Assembly (NCBI GenBank): GCA_902778725.1
Contig: CACYYS010000013.1
Span: 2,608 to 66,607, forward strand
From: an uncultured Ruminococcus sp.
Lineage (GTDB): Bacteria > Bacillota > Clostridia > Oscillospirales > CAG-272
Direction: 5' to 3'
Length of the DNA: 64,000 nucleotides
Within the stretch, counting starts at the first letter, position 1, and the number at the start of each line of letters is the position of its first letter. The notes below the pieces were generated by a model. The model was given only the letters and a program-made list of their open reading frames with translations. It ran no database searches and had not been told where the DNA came from. The position numbers and the translations under genes were made by a program. Below, piece by piece: positions 42,988 to 52,354 of this stretch.

Positions 42988-45741
42988 TTACGCTGCTTTC
43001 AGCAGGAATTTTGATAAAGTCAGTATCTCTTCCGCAAGGACCAGCGCGGTAAACGCTTTCACTCCTCTGCGCCAGAGATCGGTGGCGATCTCATTGAGTT
43101 CTCCGACGGAGATCGCGCCGTCGTTTACGACAAATTCCGCGATCTGCCGCATGATCTCCTTTTGATCGCTTGTCAGTTCACGCTGCGCCTGACCGCAGTA
43201 CAGATTGAATTTCTGCGCGTACCCGGGGATCAGACTGGTAAGCTTTTGGTTTTTTCTGTACGCAAAGCGCACGATCTGAATGAGGTTGGTCAGCGCGTTG
43301 ACGTTGGTTTTGACGTCCAGTTCGTCCACGTCGCCCACGTCGTCGAGCGTTTTGTAATTCTTCCAGATCTGATAGACGCCGTACTGCCGGTTTTCGGAAA
43401 GGAGCCGGTCGCGCAGATCGAGAAGCATACTGTGGGTGATGACGGTATCTTCGGAATTATAGATGATGCGCAGCGCTTCGATGCTGTCTTTGTTATCGTC
43501 GAGGTATTTCTCAAAGTTTTCAATAAACGTGCGTGCCGTTTCTTTGGAAAAGCCGGCGTAGATCAGCTCGTCGGGATCATCTTCCGTCGTCACCACATAG
43601 CCGCGCTGCATTTCAAGCAACTTTCGCCGCGCGGGAACGTTATAGATCAGATCGGCGATCAGTTCCATGCGGTCGGCGTTTTCTTCCGATGGGCTGAAAT
43701 ACGGCGGGAGCGTTTCATGATCGAACGCATCCTGGATCTTTGCGGCTATCGTTTTAGGGGCAAAGCCATATTCCGAGATGAAGAAATCCAGGTGTCTGCC
43801 GAACAGGGCGTTATCCTCATAGCGGCGGTTGATCGTGGAGCAATAGTCGCGCAGAAGCAGCAAGTTTTCGTCGCTCAGTTCGTTGTGCGCGAGGTGTTCG
43901 AGCAGGGCTTCCAGCGTGAAGACTTTGCCTTTTCCGACGCCACCGCCCGGATGGGGGATATTCTTTTCATGCTCGGTCACGCCGACCGCGTCCACGATGT
44001 AATAACACTCTTTCGTGTTGGCGTTGGGCGTCACTTCGCGCAGTTTGTCGTCGTCCACCACGCGGCAGCCGCGTCCTTTCATCTGCGTGTAAAGTACGTC
44101 GGAGTTCACGTCTTTCATAAAGAGGACGACTTCCAGCGGCTTGACGTCGGTACCGGTCGCCACGAGCGTTACCGTGACGGCGATACGGAAATCCTTTTCC
44201 GTGCGAAGATCGCGGATCAGTCCGTTGGAGTCCTCCGCCGTATAGGTGATCTTCTGCACGAAATGCTCCGGTACTTCGCCGCCCTCAAATTCTTCGCCGA
44301 AGACTTCTTTTGCCACCTCGACGATTTGCGAAGCGTGGTTATCATCTTTTGCGAAGATCAGCGTTTTCGGTATGTACGCCCACTTTTTCTCGCGATCGGG
44401 GTAGAGATCTTCGTAAATTGCTTTTTTGTATGCCGTAAGCACTTCTTTGATCTGATCGGGATTGATGACAGAGCGGTCGAGTGCGTTCGGCGCGTAGTCG
44501 ATGCGGTGGTGCACTTCGTAAGACGTCACCTCGCCGGTTTTGCGTGCGATCTCGGTAACGGTCGTGTCCGGATTGATCGCGCCGCCGTGCTCGGTGACCT
44601 GTGTTTTGATGCGGTATATGCGCGCGGGAACGTTGACCCCGTCAACCACGGAGTCTTCGTAGGTATATTCTTCAATGATATTGTTGTTGAAAAAGGCGTA
44701 CGCTTCGGGTGTGGGCGTTGCAGTCAGCCCGAGCACGTGAGCAGATGAGAAATAGTCAAGCACAGCGCGCCATTTTCCATAAATGGAGCGGTGGCACTCG
44801 TCAACAATGATAAGCTGAAAGTAATCGGGCGGCAAAGTGAGATTGTCGCCAAGCTGAATGACTTTCGTTTCGTTCTTTTCATCTTCTGCGGCGTTTTTCT
44901 CATCCTCCGCGTCTTCATTATCGTCGCTCGGGATCGCGTTGCCGGTCAGAACAGCGAAAAGTTTTTGTATTGTGGATATGACGATGTCGGCTTTGATATC
45001 GTTTTCTTTTTTCAGCCGTTTGATCTCATACAGCGAGCTCATTTCCTGCTGACCTTCGGTGCGGTCAAAGGTGCTGAATTCGCTCTCGGTCTGACGTGCA
45101 AGGTTGTTTCTGTCCACGAGGAAAAGAATCTTTCTCGCCGGGGTATAGTTCAAAAGCCGATAACTTGCAAGGCAGGCAAGATAAGTTTTACCGGAGCCGG
45201 TCGCCAATACGGCGAGGCTCTTTTTTGTGCCCTGCTTGATGGACTGTTCAAACGCAACTTCCGCACGATACTGGCAATCGCGCAGTCCGCGCTTGTCCAG
45301 CCTCGGAAGAGCGCCGTATTCGGAAACTTGTCCGATAATCTGTAGCATCTTTTTGGGCGAGTGCATTTCGGACAATTCTACATAATCGCTGTCCGGCTGC
45401 AACATGTTTTTGAAATAGATCTTCTTGCCGTTTGCGAGGTAAACGAGCGGGATACGATTCGGGAACCACAACCCATACCAGTCCTGCGGATTGCAGGCAT
45501 AATCTTCCGCCTGCTTTTCGACTTCGTCGCCAAGCGGATTCTCTTCGCGCTTTGCCTCAACGACGGCGATTGCCTTATCATCGACGAAAAGAAGGTAATC
45601 GCTTTCGGTGTTGCCTTGCATAAGTGCTTCTTTTACGGCAGACGCACTTTTCGGGACATACTCGTCCCTTGATACGATGTCCCATCCCGCGTCGATGAGC
45701 TGTTTATCAATTTTGACTCTTGCTTTTTCTTCAGGCAGCAT
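42988..45741 (-). CDS. hsdR: type I restriction endonuclease subunit R
   Basis: N-terminal KIDKQLIDAGW nuclease region, helicase motif I ATGSGKT, and motif II VDECHRS. The start at ATG 45741 has an AGGAGA RBS. Confidence 0.92.
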   Translation of the reverse strand: MLPEEKARVKIDKQLIDAGWDIVSRDEYVPKSASAVKEALMQGNTESDYLLFVDDKAIAVVEAKREENPLGDEVEKQAEDYACNPQDWYGLWFPNRIPLVYLANGKKIYFKNMLQPDSDYVELSEMHSPKKMLQIIGQVSEYGALPRLDKRGLRDCQYRAEVAFEQSIKQGTKKSLAVLATGSGKTYLACLASYRLLNYTPARKILFLVDRNNLARQTESEFSTFDRTEGQQEMSSLYEIKRLKKENDIKADIVISTIQKLFAVLTGNAIPSDDNEDAEDEKNAAEDEKNETKVIQLGDNLTLPPDYFQLIIVDECHRSIYGKWRAVLDYFSSAHVLGLTATPTPEAYAFFNNNIIEEYTYEDSVVDGVNVPARIYRIKTQVTEHGGAINPDTTVTEIARKTGEVTSYEVHHRIDYAPNALDRSVINPDQIKEVLTAYKKAIYEDLYPDREKKWAYIPKTLIFAKDDNHASQIVEVAKEVFGEEFEGGEVPEHFVQKITYTAEDSNGLIRDLRTEKDFRIAVTVTLVATGTDVKPLEVVLFMKDVNSDVLYTQMKGRGCRVVDDDKLREVTPNANTKECYYIVDAVGVTEHEKNIPHPGGGVGKGKVFTLEALLEHLAHNELSDENLLLLRDYCSTINRRYEDNALFGRHLDFFISEYGFAPKTIAAKIQDAFDHETLPPYFSPSEENADRMELIADLIYNVPARRKLLEMQRGYVVTTEDDPDELIYAGFSKETARTFIENFEKYLDDNKDSIEALRIIYNSEDTVITHSMLLDLRDRLLSENRQYGVYQIWKNYKTLDDVGDVDELDVKTNVNALTNLIQIVRFAYRKNQKLTSLIPGYAQKFNLYCGQAQRELTSDQKEIMRQIAEFVVNDGAISVGELNEIATDLWRRGVKAFTALVLAEEILTLSKFLLKAA

Positions 45742-45855
45742 AGAGCTTTCTCCTAACATTTTTCTTTCAATTCGAACCCACAGGGTATCACGCCGGCTCT
45801 GTTTTCGAGCGTCGGGCATCATGACCAACCTGCGGGGGTTCGAATCGAGGCGGGT

Positions 45856-47220
45856 TTATATCTTGTCGTTCAGGTCCGAAAAATCGGTGTTGAACAGGAT
45901 CTCCTTCGGCAGTTCCTGCTTTTGCAGGAACATCAGCATATAGATCGGGAAGTAGGTGACCTTGCCGTCTGTTTCGACGTTGCCGTTGCAGAAGACGTAG
46001 CCCTCTTCAATGCCGTAGTCCGTAACGTTCAGCACGTTATCCATCGCGTTGTGGCGGTAGTAGTCCTTGCCGGATTTGATCTCGATCGGCAGGATCCTGC
46101 CGTCCTCTTCGATTACGAAGTCAAGCTCGCCGAATTTTTTGCTGTTGTAGTAATAGAGCGTATATCCGTGCGCGGTCAGTTCCTCGGCGGCGACGTTTTC
46201 GTAAATGGAACCGAAGTTTATTGTTGTTTCGTGCTGCAGGATCTTGAGCTGGATCTCATTGCCGTACTGCGCTGCGAGCAGGCCGACGTCGTTCGAGAAC
46301 AATTTGAACAGGTTCTTAGATTTTGAAAGCAGCAGCGGCACTCTCGGCTCGTCGACCACGTTCGCCGGGAGCGCGACGCCGGCGTTTTTCAGCCACAGGA
46401 AGCTGTCGTAATACTTGTCAAACCGCGCTTTTTCGCCCAGATTTTTCAGGATGAAGCGCTTGTTTTTCGCGTTCAGCTCGCTGGGGATCAGGTCGAAGAT
46501 CTCGTTGAGGTAGAGACGGTTTTTCTCGTCGTATTTTGAAATATCGCGCTTGTAAAGACGGATGATCGCGCTTTGCGCGTCGGCGACTTTGCGAAGGTTC
46601 TTCGTTTTCAGATAGGTGGATACCGCCTCCGGCATGCCGCCGACGATGAGGTAAAGCTCGAACAGCGCCGTCATGCGCTCGTGGATAAACGCGTCCACGG
46701 GCTTTTTCTTCTCAAACGAGCTCCGGAGCGCGTCGATGACCTTTGCGCCGACGTTGTTCGCCCAGGCAAATTCCTCGAAATCCAGCGGGTACATCGTGAT
46801 GATGTCCATGTATCCCACCGGGGCGGAGATGATGTCCTTGAAAACCGTTCCGAGCAGGGACCCGCTGAGGATATAGGAGTATTTGCCGTCCTGCACAAGG
46901 TACTTGATCTGCGTGATCAGTTCCTTGCATTCCTGCACCTCGTCAAAGAAGATCATCGTTTTTCCCGGGATCATCCGGTCGCCGAAAAGGGCGGAAAGGC
47001 GCAGCAAAATCTCGTCCGCACCCTGCGCCCCCTCGAAAAGCGTGATATAGTCCGGATTCTCGATGAAATCCATTTTGATCACGCTATCGTAGTGCGCGGC
47101 GGCGAACTGCTCGATTATATAGGACTTACCGACCTGACGGGCGCCGATGATCATCAGCGCCTTTTTCGGGTTGTCCTTGTAGAACTCTTCAATTTGCTTT
47201 GTGATTTTACGTTGGAGCAT
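45856..47220 (-). CDS. AAA family ATPase with DUF4143-like C-terminal domain
   Basis: Walker A GARQVGKS and Walker B IFFDEVQ. The C-terminal part is typical of the widespread ATPase/DUF4143 family. Confidence 0.8.
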   Translation of the reverse strand: MLQRKITKQIEEFYKDNPKKALMIIGARQVGKSYIIEQFAAAHYDSVIKMDFIENPDYITLFEGAQGADEILLRLSALFGDRMIPGKTMIFFDEVQECKELITQIKYLVQDGKYSYILSGSLLGTVFKDIISAPVGYMDIITMYPLDFEEFAWANNVGAKVIDALRSSFEKKKPVDAFIHERMTALFELYLIVGGMPEAVSTYLKTKNLRKVADAQSAIIRLYKRDISKYDEKNRLYLNEIFDLIPSELNAKNKRFILKNLGEKARFDKYYDSFLWLKNAGVALPANVVDEPRVPLLLSKSKNLFKLFSNDVGLLAAQYGNEIQLKILQHETTINFGSIYENVAAEELTAHGYTLYYYNSKKFGELDFVIEEDGRILPIEIKSGKDYYRHNAMDNVLNVTDYGIEEGYVFCNGNVETDGKVTYFPIYMLMFLQKQELPKEILFNTDFSDLNDKI

Positions 47221-47373
47221 TTTTCATCCTCCCATAATTCTCGATGGTATGATCATAGCACAAATCCACGGAGAAATCAAGATATTATTTACACTTTTCC
47301 ATGAACTTTTTCGCTGATTCACTACACTTTTCTCGACACGCTCTTCCGGCAACCTGTTTGCGGAAGCCGATAA

Positions 47374-47452
47374 ACGAAATATGCGAAACAAATTTCGCTT
47401 CATTTCGCATAGATTTCGCATTATTTCGCATAGATTTCGCTTGGAATTTCGC
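47374..47452. repeat. phased array of six ATTTCGC heptamers plus two inverted partial copies
   Basis: Direct copies start at 47392, 47402, 47413, 47423, 47434 and 47446 (spacing 10-12 bp). Inverted GCGAAA(C) and ACGAAAT copies lie at 47374-47389. Confidence 0.85.
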
Positions 47453-47520
47453 ATTCTTTTGTTTTGAAGTTCTCCTCCTTTTCGACCCCCGTTTGTCTTG
47501 TGAGCTTCAAACAAAACAAC

Positions 47521-47700
47521 CCGCAAATGAAATCGCCCCTCAAGGCGCGGTGAAATCCTCGCGCCGCCCGGATGAAATCGTTCGCTTCGCTCTCGATGAA
47601 ATCAAATCCGTCCTTAAAACCCGACGAAGTCGGATTTCATCGCAAAGCGATTTCATCCGCCGCAGGCGGATTCATCCCGTCCATAAGGACGGATTTAATT
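47521..47700. repeat. word-plus-hairpin array (GATGAAATC / GATTTCATC)
   Basis: GATGAAATC-like words occupy the first half and their complement GATTTCATC the second. They are separated by short GC hairpins, e.g. cgccgcaggcg and ccgtccataaggacgg. Confidence 0.75.
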
Positions 47701-47847
47701 GAAAAAGCCTCGATTCCGCGAGGCTTTTCTGTATAAAAACGCCTGAAAGATGCACAGCTTTGTTTTTCTCATTTGTTCCGATTGCTATTCTAATGTGAGG
47801 TAATTTCTTTGACGTTTGGACACAAAACTACTGGATAGTGCAAAAAA

Positions 47848-48513
47848 TCACCTGTAATTATTCGTGACGATTGTGGCTCCGCAGTACGGGCAAAGTAATT
47901 TTTCGTAGTTTTTTAAATCATCTTGATTAAACGAAAGCGTCTCATCGCACTTAGGGCAGGCGATATCGACATATCTAAAATCTTCTTGATTAAACGAAAG
48001 CATCTCATCACTTTTAGGAAAAGTGCTATCAATATATCTGTCAGAAGAAAGATGTGTGTTTGTTTCCTCTTTCTTTGTATTCTGAAGTTCTTTCTCCTTT
48101 TTTCTTTTTTCAAGAACAATCCTTTTTTCCTTTTCGGAATCGATATTGTTTTCTTCAGCGCGTTTGGTAATCTGATGTTCTTTCTCTTTTTCAAGAACAA
48201 TCTTTTTTTCCTTTTCGGAATCAATACTCTTTTGTTCAATCTGATTGTTATCGTCTATTCGGGATACAAAAAAGCAAATAAGTGCGATGCCTATTATAAG
48301 AAAAAAAGCAAACAAACCAGTACGGACAATATTTGCCAAATCCCGGACGTTATTAGCCGCCTGTGCCGAAGCGTTTTGAATCCCGGTATAAGCAGCTCCG
48401 CCGTATTGGGAGGAAGACTCATAAAAACCTATGCTCATCTCCTTAATATCAAAAGAAAAAATGATCGATATTATACCGCAAATGATCCCGCCAATATTGC
48501 CAGCTTTTTTCAT
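47848..48513 (-). CDS. membrane protein with charged repeat linker and C-terminal zinc ribbon
   Basis: Two TM spans, a duplicated segment IDSEKEK(K/R)IVLEK, and C-terminal CPKCDETLSFNQ..CPYCG. A TTGCTT-17-TAAAAT promoter lies at 48553-48581 on the minus strand. Confidence 0.65.
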   Translation of the reverse strand: MKKAGNIGGIICGIISIIFSFDIKEMSIGFYESSSQYGGAAYTGIQNASAQAANNVRDLANIVRTGLFAFFLIIGIALICFFVSRIDDNNQIEQKSIDSEKEKKIVLEKEKEHQITKRAEENNIDSEKEKRIVLEKRKKEKELQNTKKEETNTHLSSDRYIDSTFPKSDEMLSFNQEDFRYVDIACPKCDETLSFNQDDLKNYEKLLCPYCGATIVTNNYR

Positions 48514-48717
48514 AATTCACCCTTTTTTGAATATATCTTTCGTGACGGGGTAATTTTATCACAAAAAGCGAGAAAAAGCAATTACTTTAGGAAAACTTCT
48601 GTAAATACGCGCGCCCCTGCGCGCTGCACGCCCTCGTCGGCGGCAGACCGTCCCCCGGACGCTCTGCCTTCCGAGCGCTCCGCGCTCTCCCTCCTTTTCG
48701 ACCCCCGCCTTCTCTTG

Positions 48718-48755
48718 AAAAAACAGGGGAGAGGCGCAAGCCTCTCTCCTGTTTT
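48718..48755 (-). terminator. Rho-independent terminator after tRNA-Leu
   Basis: A-run, then the hairpin caggggagagg-cgcaag-cctctctcctg (one mismatch), then a T-run abutting the tRNA 3' end. Confidence 0.75.
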
Positions 48756-48842
48756 TGGTGCCGGTGGCGGGGGTCGAACCCGCACGCCATTGCTGGCAAA
48801 GGATTTTGAGTCCTCCTCGTCTGCCAATTCCAACACACCGGC
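48756..48842 (-). tRNA. tRNA-Leu (anticodon CAA), class II with long variable arm
   Basis: The reverse complement folds as a cloverleaf. Elements: acceptor GCCGGTG/CACCGGC, anticodon arm GAGGA-CTCAAAA-TCCTT, variable arm TGCCAGCAATGGCGT, T arm GCGGG-TTCGACC-CCCGC, and an encoded CCA. Confidence 0.9.
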
Positions 48843-48904
48843 GCGGCGCGCCCGGAGCGTTGCTCCGGGCGCTGCTTTTTTCGTTTGTCGCAGGGCGCGG
48901 GGCT

Positions 48905-51004
48905 TTACGCCTCCGTCTTCTCCTCGGCGGGCGCTTCCTCGGCGGGAGCGGCTTCGACCGGCGTCTCCTCCGCGGGAGCGGCCTCGGCGGGTGCTTCCTC
49001 AGCCGGGGTCTCCTCGGCGGGCGCTTCCTCCGCGGGGACTTCCTCCTTCGGGAGATCCTTCAAGAGCGCGCGGATCGAGAGGCTGACCTTCTGCTTTTCC
49101 TCGTCGATCGCGGTGATCTTGACGTTCACCTCGTCTCCGACCTTCAGCACGTCCTTGCAGTTTTCGATCTTGTGATCGGCGATCTGGGAAATGTGGATCA
49201 GGCCGTCCACGCCGTCGATGATCTCGGCGAAAGCGCCGAAGGGCATCAGGCTGACGATCTTGACCGGGATCACGTCTCCGACCTTATGCTGAGCGGCGAA
49301 AACGTACCAGTTGTTCATCTCCGGGGTTTTGTAGCCGAGGGAGATGCGGTGCTTCTCCTCGTCGAAGGACTTGACGTACACCTCGATCTCGTCGCCGACC
49401 TTGACGACCTCTCCGGGGTGGCGGATCCGCTTCCAGGACAGCTCAGTGTTGTGGACCATGCCGTCCACGCCGCCGAGATCGACAAAGGCGCCGAAGCTCG
49501 TCAGGCTCTTGACGCGGCCGACGTAATGCTTGCCTTCCTCGATGCTCTCCCACACCGCCTTTTCGCGGGCGCGCTTTTCCTCGTCCTCCACCGCGCGGAT
49601 CGAACCGTACGCGCGGCGGCGGCTTGCGTTGATGTCGATGATCTTGAACTTTTTGACCTGGCCGACGAGCACGGAGAGATCCGCCTCCCTCGGCAGGCCG
49701 CTGTGGCGGGCGGGGATGAAGACCCGGACGCCGTCGACCAGCGCGATCACGCCGCCCTTGACGGCTTCCGTGATCTTGCCCTCGAAGATCTCGCCCGTGT
49801 CCTTCGCTTCCGCGATGGCGCCCCAGTGCTGCATCTGATCGACTCTCTTTTTCGAGAGCGTGGCGATACCCTCAACGTCGCTGACCTTGATCACGAACGC
49901 ATCGAACGTATCGCCGGGCTTGAAGTTTTCCTCAAGCTTGAACGCCGGGTCGTCGGTGATCTGGTCTTTCGCGATCACGCCCGTGACTTTCGCCCCGAGG
50001 TCAACGCCCAGCTCGCCGGCGGACACCGAAGTGACCGTGCAGGCTACGACATCTCCTGTATTTAATGTTTTGAGAGAGTCTTCCAACATCTCTGCAAAAT
50101 TTTCGCCGTTGAATTCTTTTTCCATCTTGTTTACAACCTCCTCTATGATACCGTCCGGTGTGGAGGCCCCTGCGGCGATCCCGACGCGGGAAAGACCGCG
50201 AAACTCCTCCGGTCGGAGTTCAGCCGCCGTCTCGATCCAGCGCGTGATCGGGCAGCGGGATGCAGCAATATCGTACAGTTTCCGGCTGTTGGAGCTTGAC
50301 CTCCCGCCGATCACGATCATCCCGTCCGAGCGCGCGGCGAGGGCTTCCGTCTCCGCCTGCCGTTTTTCGGTAACACTACATATTGTATCAAATATTTCCG
50401 CGTTTGTATAGTCCTTTTCGAGAATTTCTTGACTTTTTTTCCGCTCGGCCGTGTTTTGGGTGGTCTGAGCGGCGAAAATGACCCTCTTCCCGCGGAAATC
50501 CTCCCGTCCGAGGAGCTCCCGGAGCGCCGCAGCGTCGGGAAAAACGTATTTTTCCCCCTTTGCGTGGCCGAGGATGCCCTCCGTCTCCGGGTGGCCCGCC
50601 GTGCCGAGCAGGAGAAAGACCGTCCCCTCTCCCGTCTCTCCGGCGGCGATGCGGTGGATGCGGCGGACGAACTCGCAGGTCATATCCCGCACCGCGAAGC
50701 GCGGATGCTCCGCGGCGAGGCGCGAAAGCAGCTCCTCCTCCGCGGCGGGCAGCCCGTGCGCACGGATGAAGAGCAGCGTCTCCCTCCCCGCGTCCGACTC
50801 CCGCGCGATCCGCTCCGCGTCGGCGACGGAGACGGTCTCCACCCCCCGCGCGCGGAGCGAGTCGTTATACGGCTTGTTGTGGATCAGCTCGCCGAGCACG
50901 CAGATGCGCGGCCGGTCCGGGGAGGCGAGCGCACGCTCGATCTCGCGCGTGGCGCGCTTTACCCCGGGGCAGAAGCCCGAGCTCTCCAGAAGCGTCAGTT
51001 CCAT
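48905..51004 (-). CDS. ispH: bifunctional 4-hydroxy-3-methylbut-2-enyl diphosphate reductase / ribosomal protein S1-like fusion
   Basis: N-terminal LytB/IspH region (GFCPGVKRA..), then four S1 repeats (GDVV..V..GAFV/DLG). The C-terminus is a low-complexity (A/E/P/T) tail. Confidence 0.88.
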   Translation of the reverse strand: MELTLLESSGFCPGVKRATREIERALASPDRPRICVLGELIHNKPYNDSLRARGVETVSVADAERIARESDAGRETLLFIRAHGLPAAEEELLSRLAAEHPRFAVRDMTCEFVRRIHRIAAGETGEGTVFLLLGTAGHPETEGILGHAKGEKYVFPDAAALRELLGREDFRGKRVIFAAQTTQNTAERKKSQEILEKDYTNAEIFDTICSVTEKRQAETEALAARSDGMIVIGGRSSSNSRKLYDIAASRCPITRWIETAAELRPEEFRGLSRVGIAAGASTPDGIIEEVVNKMEKEFNGENFAEMLEDSLKTLNTGDVVACTVTSVSAGELGVDLGAKVTGVIAKDQITDDPAFKLEENFKPGDTFDAFVIKVSDVEGIATLSKKRVDQMQHWGAIAEAKDTGEIFEGKITEAVKGGVIALVDGVRVFIPARHSGLPREADLSVLVGQVKKFKIIDINASRRRAYGSIRAVEDEEKRAREKAVWESIEEGKHYVGRVKSLTSFGAFVDLGGVDGMVHNTELSWKRIRHPGEVVKVGDEIEVYVKSFDEEKHRISLGYKTPEMNNWYVFAAQHKVGDVIPVKIVSLMPFGAFAEIIDGVDGLIHISQIADHKIENCKDVLKVGDEVNVKITAIDEEKQKVSLSIRALLKDLPKEEVPAEEAPAEETPAEEAPAEAAPAEETPVEAAPAEEAPAEEKTEA

Positions 51005-51702
51005 TCTCCCGTTTCTCCCATCTCGCAGGTCCGCTCAAAAAAGCGTTTCATCGCCTCGGTCACGCTGCCGCCCGCCTCCTCGACGAGCGAGGCGGCGTCA
51101 CAGGCGCGGCCGATATACACCTCCACCGGACGGAAGATCCGGCAGCGGTTCTTTTTGGTCTTGAGGTAGACGGGGAGCAGCTTCGCCCCCGCCCGTTTGG
51201 CGATCAGCATCGCCCCGCCGCGCACCTCCGTCTCCCTCGGGTCGACCCCGGGATAGCGGTGCCCCTGCGGGAAGATCGCCAGCGTCTCCCCCTCCCGGAG
51301 CAGCGAGATCGCCGTCTTGATCGCGGCGACGTCCCCCTTCCCCCGGTCGACCGGATAGGCGCCGAAGCCGCCGAAAAACCGCCGCCCGAGCCCGGTGGAA
51401 AACAGCTCCTTTTTCGCCATATAGCGCAGGCTCTTCTCCGGCATCGAGCCGGAGAGGACGGGGATATCGAAGATCGAAATATGGTTTGCGCAGGCGATGA
51501 AGTTCTCCTCCTCCGGGATATTCTCCTTCCCGTGGACCTTCACCCGCCAGAAAAAGCGGATGATCCAGAGGATCGCGCGCAGCGTGCGGCTGTAGTTCTC
51601 CCGCACCGCGGCGTTCTCCCGGAGGGCGGCGGACTCCCGCTCCTCCGCCGTTTCTCTTTTCTCCCTCTCCTCTTCAGGCGAGGGATTCGTTCTGTCTGAC
51701 AA
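50995..51702 (-). CDS. plsC: 1-acyl-sn-glycerol-3-phosphate acyltransferase
   Basis: Acyltransferase motifs NHISIFD and FPQGHR. Confidence 0.8.
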   Translation of the reverse strand: MSDRTNPSPEEEREKRETAEERESAALRENAAVRENYSRTLRAILWIIRFFWRVKVHGKENIPEEENFIACANHISIFDIPVLSGSMPEKSLRYMAKKELFSTGLGRRFFGGFGAYPVDRGKGDVAAIKTAISLLREGETLAIFPQGHRYPGVDPRETEVRGGAMLIAKRAGAKLLPVYLKTKKNRCRIFRPVEVYIGRACDAASLVEEAGGSVTEAMKRFFERTCEMGETGEWN

Positions 51703-52354
51703 GCTTCAGCACCTCCTCCGCCGTCTCCTCCAGCGTAAGATCGGAATTGTCCAGCACCACGGCGTCCGGAGCGGGGACGGCGGGCGCCACCTCGCGCTCG
51801 CGGTCGCGGCGGTCGCGCTCCTTCTGCTGCTCGATCAGCTCCTCCACCGTCGTCTCCACGCCCTGTTCCTTCAGCTGCAGCCAGCGGCGCTTTGCGCGCG
51901 CCTCGGGGGAGGCGGTGAGGAAGATCTTGGTCTTTGCCTCGGGCAGGATCACCGTGCCGATGTCCCGCCCGTCCATGATGACGCTGCTTTTTCTCGCCGT
52001 TTCCTTCTGCGTTTCCAGCAAAAACGCCCGGACCGCGGGGATCGCGGAAACCTTGGAGGCGGCGGCGGAGACCTCCGGCGTGCGGATCCGGTCTCCCACG
52101 TCCTCCCCGCAGACCGTCACGCGCATCGCGTCCTTCCCCGCGCTGAGGCGGATATCCAGCTCCGGGAGAAGCGCCGTCACGGCGGCCGCGTCCGAGGGAT
52201 CGACCCCCCGCCGCAGCATAAAGTAGCCGACCGAGCGGTAGAGCGCGCCCGTGTCGATATAGAGCAGGTCCAGTTTTTTTGCCACAAGCTTGGCAAGCGA
52301 GCTCTTGCCCGCGCCGCTCGGTCCGTCGATCGCGATGAGGATATGTGGCTTCAT
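51674..52354 (-). CDS. cmk: cytidylate kinase module (internal start with its own RBS)
   Basis: MKPHILIAIDGPSGAGKSS P-loop, with AAAGGAGAAAAAAAGACC directly upstream of ATG 52354. Confidence 0.8.
   Translation of the reverse strand: MKPHILIAIDGPSGAGKSSLAKLVAKKLDLLYIDTGALYRSVGYFMLRRGVDPSDAAAVTALLPELDIRLSAGKDAMRVTVCGEDVGDRIRTPEVSAAASKVSAIPAVRAFLLETQKETARKSSVIMDGRDIGTVILPEAKTKIFLTASPEARAKRRWLQLKEQGVETTVEELIEQQKERDRRDREREVAPAVPAPDAVVLDNSDLTLEETAEEVLKLVRQNESLA

Noticed and set aside
45765-45850. tRNA-like T-loop fragments (caattcgaacccac / gggggttcgaatcg) forming an inverted repeat between the ATPase gene and hsdR
   Set aside because: No complete cloverleaf can be drawn on either strand. It may be a stem-loop separating the two transcription units, but the evidence is too thin to call a feature.
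47224-47702. ORFs 47224..47526 (-) and 47301..47702 (+) as genes
   Set aside because: Both are translations of the ATTTCGC array and the word-hairpin array (repetitive MRNLCE / FRIDFA peptides) and lack RBSs.
48905-49045. Repetitive DNA at the 3' end of the ispH-S1 gene as a separate repeat element
   Set aside because: It is in frame and encodes a low-complexity (EAPAEET) tail of the S1 fusion, so it is not an independent feature.
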